Source of the DNA: Camelus ferus
Taxonomy: Eukaryota
Reading direction: 5' to 3'
NCBI RefSeq assembly: GCF_009834535.1
Contig: NC_045697.1
Location: 116,376,001-116,440,000, forward strand
DNA length: 64,000 nucleotides
The notes under the pieces: model-generated
The model's database searches: none
What the model saw: only the letters and a program-made list of their open reading frames with translations
Told to the model about the DNA's origin: nothing
Position numbers and translations under genes: made by a program
Shown: positions 38,400 through 50,169 of the stretch, one piece after another
Layout of the letters: every line of letters begins with the position of its first letter
How positions within the stretch are numbered: the stretch's first letter is position 1

Positions 38400-39650
38400 C
38401 GCGGGATGTTCATCCCAGGAACCGCCCCTGAGCCACGCCTTCTGTTCCTACCCGTGTTACCTGGGCAGCGGCAGCTCCACCTCCAGGGACCCTTCCATCC
38501 GGTCGGGGTCGTGGTCCCCGGCGCCGCCGGGATCCAGAAGCGGGGAGGCGGAAGCGCACGCCTCGTCGTCACTGTCCCCGAGGGCGCTGTCCGAGCTCTC
38601 GTTCCTGGGGATGTTTCCTTCCACCCTGAAGCCGGCGTCCCCATGGGGGACAGCGTCCCGCGGGCCACACGCGCTGGGGCCCTGCTGGGGCCAGGGCCCG
38701 TCCCCGCCCGGCGCAGGTGCGCAGGCGGCGTCATCCTCCGCACCCCCGGTCCTGACGCTGCGGGTCCCGGAAGCACCCCCGCAGTCCTCGGAGGGCGGGA
38801 AGCCAGGCCCGCAGGAGCACCCGGGCGCCCACTGGTCCCGGGCCACGTCGGCGGCCGCCCTGCACCCGGCCGAGGGCCACCGCGCCGGCTCCAGGCCCCG
38901 TCCGCAGGCCTTCAGCCGCTCCTCCATCCTCTGGGTGCGACTTTCAAAGTCCGACTCTGGCGACACGGAGCTTCCAATGTGGAAGGTGACCTTCTCCCGG
39001 GGCGGCGGCTCCCGGGAAGGCCTGTCGGGGCACGGCCTGGCCGCGGAGCGCTCCGGCAGCTTCCTAGGCATCTCGGGCCTCAGCTCCTCGCCTGCCGCGC
39101 GTGGGCCCATCTTCGGTCCCGCCGCCGAGCCCGCACAGCCCGAGAGCCTGGCAGCGCCGCCCTGCGGGGCCTCGTGTTCACTCTCTGCATCCCCACCCGT
39201 CGCGCCCGGAGGATGCCCGGCGCCGTCCAGGGCTGGCGCTGGGGACCCCGCGCCGCCGGCCTCGGGACTCTGCTCAGGCCTCAGGCTCCCTTCTCTGTCA
39301 AGCACGGGACACAGGTCAGAGCCCTCCGGGGGCCCCTCAGGCGCGGTCGGGGGCAGGATGGGCGGCAGCAGGGCCGGCTCGCTCCGCACTGTGACCACCA
39401 CGTACTCAGACTCCTCCACCTGCCCCCTCTCCAAGGCTGTGGTGATGCTGCACCCGTTCAGCACCTGGTCGGCCTCGCCGGGGGGCCCGCCCCAAGTCAG
39501 CTGGTTCTCTTGCAGCTCGGAGCAGCGCAGGAAGTAGGTCAGGACGTACAGGATGCGCTGGACCAAGTCCTTCTGCTTCCCCACCACCACCGTGCGCGTC
39601 AGCCTCACTGGAGAGCCGATGGCTCCGTACAGATCGCCTGGAGGGCAGAG
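38400..39650. promoter_or_regulatory. Intragenic CpG-island-like segment over the large FNIP2 exon
   Basis: Visibly very high GC content with dense CG dinucleotides; not computed. Confidence 0.6.
38461..39637 (-). CDS. FNIP2: FNIP2 large coding exon (1177 nt; [19 protein letters not shown]...SLEVELPLP)
   Basis: ORF 38457..39674; acceptor ctccag|GC, donor AG|gtaaca; conserved ends and motifs ([23 protein letters not shown]) around a divergent GC-rich linker. Confidence 0.96.
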
Positions 39651-39814
39651 CAGACCGACACAAGGGACAGTCATCTGGGTGAGCGAGTCAAGGGCACGTC
39701 AGCCTGAAACCCGGAATCGCTGCTTCACTCCCCTGACTGAGGCAAAGAGGCAATTCTGAGCGCTGACGGTATTTCAGTTTTCCTCTAGGATGGAAAGTCT
39801 GCCTGGGAAGGCCT

Positions 39815-40185
39815 GCCGGGTGCAGCCCCGCTTTTGTTGCTCAGGTGCACTGCTGGTATATACTGGGTGCAGTGCACAGCGGGTGCAGTGCTGGTGTGTA
39901 TCAGGTGCAGTGCAGAGCCGGTACACAGTGAGTGCAGTGCCGGTGTATGCTGGGTGCAGTGCAGGGCTGGTGCACAGAGGGTGCAGTGCGTGGTGGGTGC
40001 AGTGCTGGTGTACATCAGGTGCAGTGCACAGCGGGTGCAGTGCTGGTGTGTATCAGGTGCAGTGCAGAGCCGGTACACAGTGAGTGCAGTGCCGGTGTAT
40101 GCTGGGTGCAGTGCAGGGCTGGTGCTCAGAGGGTGCAGTGCATGGTGGGTGCAGCACTGGTGTAATTCTGGTGCAGTGCACAGTC
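39815..40185. repeat. Minisatellite: about 2.2 copies of a 152-bp unit built from GGTGCAGTGC subunits
   Basis: Near-identical blocks start at 39866 and 40018; ORFs 39932 and 40084 begin identically 152 bp apart. Confidence 0.9.
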
Positions 40186-43100
40186 CCTGGTGATGCTTGC
40201 TGGGTCTTTCCATGCAGCTTAGTAAGCTGCCCGGCTCCCATCTCCCCAAGGAAGGCTAAACCAGAGCCCTGAATATGTGACCAAATCAAATAATTTATCT
40301 TGGGACTAGAATGAGATCTCTTTAGAAGACTCCCAGGACAGTAGGCCTCGGCGTGAAATCCCAATGCCGGGATCTCTGAAGAGAAGTGCAGTGGATCAGT
40401 TCAGAATGCTTAATGAAACGGTCTGCTCACTGCACACGCACACCAAGTAGAAGAAACTCACTTAGTTGTAAATAATGAATCTGAATTTTTTCCTATTACT
40501 TCACAGGAAAATTCTACTGGAAAACAATGTCCCACAAGTTATACCCTGACACACTCATTAGAAACTGGCTAATGAACCATGGACACTCAGCTTACAGGTG
40601 GAAGAAGAAAGGCCAATGTGTGGAGCAACCCAGCAGCGCGGCTTCTCCTCACAAGTGCCTGTCACGTGCCTGCCTATCAAAAGGAGTGCTTTTGATAATC
40701 GGAATGTTACACTTGACAGCTGCACCTTTGATGCTCTGCTATTATTATTATTGACAATTACAACCAAAAGCCAACACTTACTGACTGCACAGGAGCACTG
40801 CTGAGTGTTTCATGTTTTACACGGATTTATCTTGTTTACATCTCTGCATAATCATCCCTGAGTCAGAAACCACGTGGGATTAATCAGGATATTGCAATAG
40901 ATCAAAAAGTGAAAGGATTCTAAATACAGGAGCAGAGATACATGGTAACAGTTATAAATAAGAACTCAGGGAGTTGGACTCCATCCGAGAGAGGAGGGGA
41001 GGCATTTATGCGGCATATACTGGATAAAACTAATCGCCAAGTTGCAAACCGAGAGAAAGGGAGAGGATCCCCCTAGAAGTGCCTCCTCTGGAAAAGATTC
41101 CCTGGGGTAGGGCTCTAGAGAACAGGTAAAGGGTGGGACGGAAGTGATATGAAACCATCCTCTCTATAAAAGGACCAAGTCACAGCTAATAGAACTTCAT
41201 CTCTGAGGCTTTTGCAACTGACTGAAAAATCACCCAAGAATTCAAAAGAGTAACTCAGAATTGTCATCTGATGCGAGGACAGGCACTTCCGTTCAGGAAA
41301 ACTTGCTTGACTAAGGATTTATTGCTGTTACTTCCTGTGATCACATCTGCCCATCATTGTGGGGACTCACGGCCACCTCAGGACTTCCTGGGGTGCCGTT
41401 GTTAAATCAGTCCCAGTGTTAATAAAGAAGTATTACATATCCCAAATCTAGCAAAAAACAAAAAAAAACCCAAACCACCTCACTGTGGAAAGGCAACTCA
41501 ATGAGAAGAAAGGAAGGGGTAAAAAGAGTGTGTGCAGGTGAAACAGAGAGAGTCCAAGACCCGGAGTGCATGGAAGCAAGAAGGGGCAGGACAGATGGAC
41601 GGGGACAGGGGGACACAGGTGTGGGGGAGGGGTGGCACGGGGTAGGGAGGGTGAAGAGAAGACAGAGAAATAACAGAGAGGGGAGGAGACGGAGGAGCAA
41701 AAAGAGGGTGAGGTGGGCAGGGAGGGTGAAACACACCCCGGATAAGATCACAGGGAGCAGGAGGGAAAAGAGAAGAAACAAACTAGAGACAAGAGAACAA
41801 GACAGGGGAGGGAGGGAGAAGCGCTCAGGACACAAATCGAGAGGGTACAGGGGATGGCGGGAATGGGGGGCTGAGACAAAGAGAGGAGCTTGGTCCTAAT
41901 TGGCCGCTGATCACAGACGTGTCTATTTCACTGTTTCATCTCATAGACGCGTCAGGGCGACCAAGCCCCCTTTGGACCGTGGGCTTCGCTAGTCCTGCAC
42001 GCTGTCATTCACCGTCTCTTTGTTATCCCTTAGTTCAAACTGTTTTCTTATTTCTCTCATTTGGCTTGTGGGTTATTTAAATATGGCTGTTGATTTTCTG
42101 AGCAGGTGGGAATTGTCTCCTGGTCATTTAAAAAAATTGATCTGCAGTCTAATTCCACTGCATTCTGGAAAATACAACTTAAACTTCTGGAGGAAAAAAA
42201 AATGAAGACAAAATCTGAGACTGTTTAACTTGCATTAACTTAAGCCAATAATCTCAAACCCTTTTTGAGGAGAAAAGCTGCTTTTCACCTGTGATCCCCT
42301 AAGGATGGACATGTAGTCCCCACCTCACAACCTCACGACTCAGGGCACAGGGAAAGGCATCTTCATTACCTACCGTCTGGTGAGGACACACTAGCAGGTC
42401 TAAAATGAGAATCTAATGAATTAACACATGCAAAAGGCACCTGGAGCCATGCATGGCTCCCAGGGATGGCTTGCATTACTACTGTAACACACTGTTTCCT
42501 GGCATTCAAGTGCTTGTCTGCAATTCTGTTTCTGGAGAATGCCACTTTACGACTTCCTCAAGCATGTCTTCCTTGAAAGCCCCCTCCCCACCCCACCCCC
42601 GTCTCTCGGAGCCCCCTCATAACATCCTCAGCACAGCATCCATGACCAAGGTGCTCCCAGCGTTAACTGGTTTACCTCCCCTGGTGACCATGAACTAGCA
42701 TTTTACAGGTGAAGAGGCGCTTGCCCATGAAGGCTGGATTTGGGTCCAGGCAGTCTGGCCCTGGTGCCCACGTCCTGCCCTCTCCACTGCATTGTCTCTC
42801 ATGTCCATCACACACCCCTAGCGAAGGAGCAACCAGGATGTTCTGAATACCACCTGCGCCTCCTCCATCAGGCTGCAGGCTTCCCGAGGCTGAGCTGCAC
42901 GTGACCCAGCTCCGCACCCCTGGGCCCAGCGGAGGGACAGGGTCTGGAACAGAGCAGCCGTGCAGGCCTGCCTTGCTCACTGCAGACGTGTGCCAGGTGA
43001 GGCCCCGGAGCACACCTCTCCTGCACATGAGCTCTGGTCTCCCAAGTCCACACTCTGACCAGCCACGCCGGGGCGTCAGGTCCCTGCAACCCCTCTGAGC

Positions 43101-43257
43101 CCAAAGCCTAGAGGACATAAAAACCACCAGCACTGAGCAGAGCAGTGTGGAAAAGACGGGGTTTCTGACTTCAGCTCAGATTTAAAAGGGGGTGAAATCA
43201 CAGTGTGTGTTACTTTCTTTTCTCTCACTTTTCTCCTACGCAGTCCATCCTCTAGGG

Positions 43258-43480
43258 CAGCGGTTCTCAGCCAGGGGGTGTTTTGTACCCTGCACGGGGG
43301 GTGGGGGGAACACTCAGCGGTGTCTGGAGACATTTACGAGGGGTTTTCCTGGGCCACTGGTGAGCACAGGCCAGTGATGCACTGTTCAGTCTCCAGGCAC
43401 AGGACAAGCCCCTCCACCACCCACCCACCCAAGAATGATCCGGTCCACGTATCCAGAGTGCCGAAGTTAAGAAACCCCAC
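43258..43480. mobile_element. MER20-like hAT MITE
   Basis: cagcggttctcagccagggggtgttttgtaccc...gtgtctggagacattt...cacaggacaagccc...aagaatgatccggtcc...gttaagaaacccc. Confidence 0.75.
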
Positions 43481-43676
43481 TTTAAAGAGCAGAAGGACGC
43501 TGCCGGCAGGGGGAGGGGAGGAAGGGGATGTTTTACAGGTAGGCTCCCAGGGCCACTTCCCTGCCTGCCCAAGGACAACCTTGGATGGCCAGGCTGCGTG
43601 GCCGACATCAGCTAAACTCTCCAGCATTTCCCCAACCCATCCCACATGGGCTCTGAAGAGTCACGTCGGTACTGAC

Positions 43677-43846
43677 CCAGCTGCGCCCAGAGAGGGTTAT
43701 ACGGGTGTGTCTTGGCCAGCGTGTTCACCAGCTGAGAGGTGCGCTTCTCTGAGAAAGCCCTGATGGGAGGGTGGTCCACTGGCATGACAGTCGGGACCCA
43801 GGCCAGGTGGTAGGTTAACACGGCGGTCAGCAAGGCAGCGAAGAAC
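43677..43846 (-). CDS. FNIP2: FNIP2 coding exon (170 nt; [22 protein letters not shown]...[10 protein letters not shown])
   Basis: Acceptor cccag|G, donor G|gtcagt; highly conserved FNIP motif [18 protein letters not shown] spans this exon and the next; 124-bp upstream intron. Confidence 0.97.
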
Positions 43847-43970
43847 CTGGGCAGAACAGGAAAGGGGGCAGCGGGAGAGTCAGGGCCGCGGAGGCGCGGC
43901 ACGGCGTCAGGTTCAGCACAGGCACCGGCCACTGCACGCGCATCCCGGGCTCCAGGGAGCCAACGCTTAC

Positions 43971-44117
43971 TGGTTCTTGTTGATCTGCTCTATCAGGAGG
44001 GTAAACTCCTTGAGGAAGCGCTGGCAGAGCTGCGTTTTCTCCAAAGTGCTGGACATCATGGTGAGCCACACCGGTTCTGTGATCCTCGGGACAGAATACA
44101 AGTTCCAGATGGTCCCT
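43971..44117 (-). CDS. FNIP2: FNIP2 coding exon (147 nt; [22 protein letters not shown]...EQINKN)
   Basis: Acceptor ctgcag|A, donor CA|gtaagc; inside ORF 43967..44158. Confidence 0.96.
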
Positions 44118-44248
44118 CTGCAGAGGAGAGAAGGGTGACCCAGAACTGTCACAGACATTACTTTGGAGAATCTTTATGCAAAGGAATAAAGAAGAAAACA
44201 GTAATCTGGATTTATGTAGCCCCAAGGGATCCAAAGCAGTATATAAAA

Positions 44249-44410
44249 CAGGGGTCAGTAAACTAGGATGCACAGGCCAGATCTGACTTGACTGCCAGCT
44301 TTCTGTAAATAAAGTTTTATTGGAACACAGCCATGTGCAACCATTTCCACAGTATCTATTGTTGCTTTTGCACAATGGCAAAGTTAAGCAGCAGTGACAG
44401 AGACCCTCTA
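44249..44410. mobile_element. MER58-like hAT MITE
   Basis: caggggtcagtaaact...gtaaataaagttttattggaacacagcca...gcagcagtgacagagacc. Confidence 0.75.
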
Positions 44411-44494
44411 CAGAGAGAGTATAGTAACTCTTCATATAAAATGCTCATTCTTAAAAAATTTTGTTTTCACAATGCTTTGTGTCAGAACAAAGGG

Positions 44495-45392
44495 AGAAAC
44501 ACAAAAGATCTTGAGAAGCCAAAACAATTTTGAAAAAGACGAAAGGAGCTGGAGGAATTACACTCCCTGACTTTTCAGTCTCTGAATCTACAGTAATCAA
44601 AACAGCATGGCACTGGCACAAAAAAAGACACATAGATCAATGGAACAGGACAGAAAGTCCAGAAATAAACCCATGCACTTATGGTCAATTAAGCTACGAC
44701 AAAGGAGGCAAGAATATACAACAGAGAAAAGATAGTCTCTTCAATAAGCAGTGCTGGGAAAACTGGACAGCTACCTGTAAAAGACTGAAATTAGAACATT
44801 CTCTAACACCAGATACAAAAATAAACTCATAATGGATTAAAGACCTAAATGTTAGACCGGATACTCTAAAACTCCTACAGGAAAACATAGGCAGAAAACT
44901 CTTTGACCTACATCACAGCAATATTTTTTTTTGGATCCATCTCCTAAAAGCAAAAGAAATAAAAACAAAAATAAACAAATGGGACCTAATAAAACTCAAA
45001 ATCTTTTTGCACAGCAAAGGAAACCATCGACAAAATGAAAAGACAACCTAATGAATGGAAGAAAATATTTGTAATGATATGACCAATAAGTGGTTAATAT
45101 CCAAATTATATAAACAGCTCATGCAGCTCAATTAAAAAAAAAAGAGAGACACAATCCAATTAAAAAATGGGAAGAGCGCCTGAACAGACATTTTTCCAAA
45201 GAGGAAATGCAGATGGCCAACAGGCACATGAAAAGATGCTCAACATCACTAAACATCAGGGAAATGCAACTCAAATCCACAATAAGACACCACCCCACAT
45301 CTGTCAGAATGGCCATCATCAAACAGAAAAGAAATAACAAGCGTTGGCAACAGTGTGGAGGAAAGGCAGCCCTCACAGCTGCGGTGGGAACG
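44495..45392 (+). mobile_element. L1 ORF2 internal fragment
   Basis: ORFs 44530..44832 (AGGITLPDF...[26 protein letters not shown]) and 45207..45398 are L1 ORF2p. Confidence 0.92.
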
Positions 45393-45465
45393 TCCTGAGA
45401 GCCGCAGCTGCCCTGCTGCGGCTTGTCCTGTCCCCTGCTGGGCTCCCTGGGTGCTGCCAGTTTAC

Positions 45466-45554
45466 CTGAACTCCCCCAGTGCTTCCATCAGACGGCCAAC
45501 GTAGAACTGGACGCGGAGACTTGACTCTGCTATCTTCCTACAGGAGATCATGGC
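45466..45554 (-). CDS. FNIP2: FNIP2 coding exon (89 nt; [29 protein letters not shown])
   Basis: Hand translation; acceptor tttctcttcaacgaag|GCC, donor AG|gtaaac; phases 0/2 fit the neighbours. Confidence 0.93.
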
Positions 45555-45865
45555 CTTCGTTGAAGAGAAAACAAACCACATGACCCTTGGAGGAGAAATT
45601 CCTTCGTAACCATCTACAGGGCTTCACTAGTAAGAGACGATGTTATAGTCAACACCCCAGGTAGCAATGACTGATGGTGACAGGAGAAGGGATTTCCTTT
45701 CCCCAAGCCATCCAGCAGCTGGCACCTAACACCACGGTGCCCACGGGTCCAGCCCTGCTGGACGAGTCATGTTCCCCGCGAAAGGGATGTGGTGCCTAGA
45801 GCCCCCACCACCTCGCGAGCCCCGTGACCGTGTCTCCACTGGACGACGGCTTACGGTCTCAGTAC

Positions 45866-46067
45866 CTTTTCAATGGCACTCTTCAGCCTGTTCATGTGAG
45901 ATTCAAACAGCGGGAAGTGAGAGAAAAAGAAGTCCTGGAAATCCCGCTGCGCCTCCTCCCTCTCGCACAGGGAGAAGATGATGCTGACGGCGATCTTCTT
46001 CCTCCGCACGATGGCCGGGTTCGAGCTGCAGCTCTCCTCGGCCAAGCTGAACGTTTCATCCGTGGAC
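45866..46067 (-). CDS. FNIP2: FNIP2 coding exon (202 nt; [12 protein letters not shown]...[13 protein letters not shown]...NRLKSAIEK)
   Basis: Acceptor ctccag|G, donor AAG|gtactg; overlaps ORF 45851..46045; start of the conserved FNIP middle (DENN-like) region. Confidence 0.96.
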
Positions 46068-46350
46068 CTGGAGGAAGGAGAGGGGTGAGAAGCCGTCCTG
46101 CGTCAGGAGCCACGCGGAAGGTGAACTGAAATGCAGGGCGACGTTCAGACGGCTACTCCCGGGTGCTCGGTCCAGCTGAGTGTCCCCTGCTAATTCATTC
46201 TCCTCCATCCTCCATCCTCTGCCATGGAAACCAAGACATCTGGTCACCACACGGTGCTTTCCTAACGTGAAAAGCAACTTTAGTGACAACTGAGAGTAAC
46301 TGAGAATGTCCTCTTGTTAGACTCTTAATCCTTCGCCCTTGGACTTTATT

Positions 46351-46486
46351 TTTTGTTTGGTTTTGCTTTTGGGGTGGGGGTGGGGGCGGAATTAGGTCTA
46401 CTTATTTTAATGGAGGTGCTGGGAATTGAACCCAGGACCTTGTGCATGCTAAACACGTGCTCTACCACTGAGCTACACCCTCCCCC
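46351..46486 (-). mobile_element. tRNA-derived SINE (Vic-1-like)
   Basis: gggaattgaacccaggaccttgtgcatgctaaacacgtgctctaccactgagctacaccctcccc; TSD-like ggactttattt/ggactctattt. Confidence 0.85.
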
Positions 46487-48029
46487 AAGGACTCTATTTT
46501 TATACCAGATTGGCAGTATTTAGGAAGGGGTGTGGAACACCTGTTGGCTCAAAATGCAGGTCCTTTGTTTTGGCTGATGGATCCCGCTGGATGAGAGCAT
46601 TCGAAGGGAAATGACCCTCTGTGGTTTGCGTGTGCCCTGGGCACCACATTTGGGTATTTACGGGAGTTGAGGCTCGCCCGACTTCCCAAGGTTATTAAGA
46701 CCATTGGACGCAGTTACTCCTATAAACGCTCAGATTCACCCCCGTGGCTGATCACACTCTCCAGGAAGTCTGCCAAGCAGAAAGAGCCTCCTCTCTCCTG
46801 GAATAGTCAGATCCCCAACAAACTTAAGATTCTGTCGAGAGGCTCTGCGTCTATGATAAGAGAATCCTGAAGCCAATAAATCCTGAATATGTATTCAGTC
46901 TGTCTTCGGGGGTAAGCCTCCCAGACATGGCCCAACCATGTTCCTTCTTTAACTCTCCCGAGAAACAAGAATAATGCCCACATAGCTACTAAAATCAAGA
47001 ATGAAAATTTAAAAAAAAATTATTTTTTCTAAGACCTCGAAGCAAAGGACAGAACACCAAATGAAAGCTCCCCGCCTGGCACGCGGCAGGTGTGCAGTTA
47101 ACCTTCCTTTTTTCACAGCCTCCATGTTTAGCCTCCTCTATCTGCCCAGTACAGGAGGACACTGCCTTTCCCACTTCCTTTACTATGAATTACCCCCAAC
47201 AACCATGTCTGCTAGCAGAACTCCAGGCCCCAGCCTCCTTCTTGGTCTTAAACTTCTTATTTAGTGTCTGCTCAGGGTCTGTAACATTCCTGTGACCTCA
47301 AACATACCCACATCAGAAGTTTTATCGCCAGGAAAGCTATCCTATTGTTAAAGGAAAGGACACAGACATCCTGTTCTGACCTCAGAGGGACAGGTCATTG
47401 CTTCTCTCAACTTCATCCAGGATCCCGGAGACAGGAATGTGGCTGACACATCGGCGCTCCCACAGACGCACGGGGAGGAGCTCCAGATGCTCCGGTTCAT
47501 GCTACATGCGAAAATGAACCAGCAACTGTTTTCCCTGAGAAATTCCTTGATCCTAACCATCCGCTCATCAGAAAAAACGTTCCGGAGGCGCTCTGGCGAT
47601 GTTACTTAGCTTCATACAGTGAGTTCCCTCTCCTTTTCCAGAGAACGGTCCTATAACTTTGTTTTCCTGCACCAGTTTATTCCTGTTCCGCACAGGTAAT
47701 TCTGAGCTGCTGTTACACCAACACTTCCCTGCAACCCTTTCTTCTTCGTCTGTTATCTCTTATCTCCCTCCCTTTTCAAAAGTAAAACGACCATATCCGT
47801 GCACTCATCTTGGGCCAACGTGGTCCTTAATAATCAAATGGTGATAAACACTGAGCCCCTGCAGACGTGGCCACCAGCTTCACCTCCACCCTGCAGTCAC
47901 CAACTCCACCTAACACAGCAGACGGTGCCACCTACTGAATGTCTGAGAAACTTCCCCACCTTTGATAGCGTGCACAGCTCTTTTGTGCTTTACTGCATAT
48001 CTCCGCTGACTTCTAAAGCAGCTGGAGGT

Positions 48030-48465
48030 TACAGCATCATGGATGGACCTAGAGATGATCACACTGAGTGAGGTAAGTCAGACAGAGAAAGACAAATATC
48101 ATATAATACCACTTATACGTGGAATCAAAAAAAATGATACAAATTCTATTCACAAACCAAAAACAGACTCACACACATAGAAAAACTATGGTTACCAAAG
48201 GGAAAAGGGTGGGGAGGGATAAATTAGGGGCTGGGGATCAACAGACACATGTTACTATATACAGAACAGATAAACAACAAGGACCTAGTGTGTAGCACAG
48301 GGAACTATATTCAATTTCTTGTAATAACATATAATGGATAAGAATCTGAAAAGAAAGTATATGTATGTATATGTGTAACTGAATCACTGTGCTGTACACC
48401 TGACATTAACACCAAATCAATTACACTTCAATAAAAGATTTTAAAAAATTAAAATTTGAAAAAAA
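48030..48465 (+). mobile_element. L1 3'-end fragment
   Basis: atggatggacctagagatgatcacactgagtgaggtaagtcagacagagaaagacaaatatcata...cttcaataaaa(A)n. Confidence 0.88.
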
Positions 48466-50169
48466 AGCAACTGAGCTTCGTTCAATCTATAGTCTTGGAT
48501 CAACCATGCAAACTGGAATAAACCAGGTCATGTGGTATTTGGAAATATACTTTAAAAGCCAATCTACAATGAAAGGATGTTTCAGAATGTTTTAAAAAAA
48601 ATGTAAGGATGCACAGAAACACTTCATCATATCTTTACCCTCAAGCCACTGGGTCAGGCACATAGACCGTCTCGCAAATGAGGAAACTGAGGCAGGGCGA
48701 TGCATCCCCTTCCCTCAGAACAGAGAGGTTTTTAGTGACGGTGCTGGAGTCAGAGCCCAGGGCTCCTGTCCTCTGGTCTGGGCTCGTTTCTTGGACACTG
48801 GGAAGGACCAGAGCCCTGCCCTACGTCTCCTACATGCGCTGGAGTCCACGCCATCCGCCGCGTCACCCGCCGGGGCGCCGAGGAGGGGCTGGGGGCAGTC
48901 ACACCAGCCCCAGGCCTTCAGATCGAGGGAAGACTGCGCTACACGCTCAAATTTCCTTTTAATAAAATAATCCAGCAGGGCAGAGCTGACATTTATGACC
49001 CAGCATTCACAGACACTATGTGCACATCCAGGTCCTGAATAAAGCAGCGATGGAGGCTGTCTAAGGACATCTCAGTGACCTGCCATCGTCTCGGGACTGC
49101 TCAGTCTGACTGGTTACGTCAGCTTTGAACTTACGGGGAACCTACGTGTTACAGCGGCCCACATGAACCCACCACTTCTGTAGGTCAAACTCTGCACGGT
49201 TATTCAGCTTTACAGTCCCAGCCAACAGCCTTTCTGGGACAGCACATCTGCTTCTCTAGGGTTTCAACAGCCCCAGTAAGCTGGGGCGGGGGTTCTCTGC
49301 AGCGTCCTCCACTATGCTGAGCAGCTGGTCAGTCCCCCGACTCCCCACGGGTCACCAAAGCTGACCCAGCGGCCTGGCAGGGGCCCCGAGGTCAGCGGGC
49401 ACCTGACCCCTAGGGTGGTGAGGAGCCTCCCTGGCTCCCCTGAATGCTCTTAGGGGTGAAGTCTTTGCTTGCTGTGAACTCCCTCTCAACGCCGGCAGCA
49501 ATCATGGTTTTGGTACCCACGTGCCCCGTCTAGTCCAGAGACTCTCCCCAACCCAATGCCTGCCAAAGGTGGTGAGGGGCTGCAAGCTGTAAACAAAGAG
49601 GGGTCTTCACAAGCACGGGGTCGAGTCAAAGTGCCCACAGAAATTCCGTATGGGTGTTGGGCAGTCCCCGTCCAGCACCAGCCCTGTGTCCAGCACCTGC
49701 CCCAAGTCCAGCAGCCCTGCATCTGGCAGCCCCACGGAGCCTGCTCTGGGAGGCAGCTCGGGTGGTGACCTGGGGGTGCCATCTCCATCCCTAACAGCCT
49801 CACCCTCACCCTTAAGCTACAGAGGTGAAGTCTGATGTGACAATGACACATGAGCATGCGCAGGGAAGACCCCAGGCAGCAGAGTGCACGGGGGGGGGGG
49901 CCTCGGACACTGAGCAGCTGACCTGGGGGGCAGGGAACCTGGGGGCCTGCAAGGCTGGGACCTGGGCCCAGATTGGCGGCAGCAGCAGCCATCATGGCCA
50001 TCGGAGAGAGGAAGGATTTGACCAAGGCCATGACCCATGTGGAGGCAGCTTGTCTGTCCATCATCGGAGCCCGTCCCTGTGGAGTCTGCACAAACATTAC
50101 TCTCTCCGACCTGAGCCCCGGACAGTAAATTGCCACAAAGTGAGAGCCCACAGTGGACGGGAGTACATC

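Noticed and set aside
38125..39707. Two long plus-strand ORFs (470 aa and 433 aa)
   Set aside because: Antisense shadows of the very GC-rich FNIP2 exon, where stops are rare; low-complexity products with no recognisable homology
39785..40364. Cys-rich repetitive ORFs; CRISPR-like periodicity
   Set aside because: Translation of a minisatellite; no constant repeat with unique spacers, and the context is mammalian
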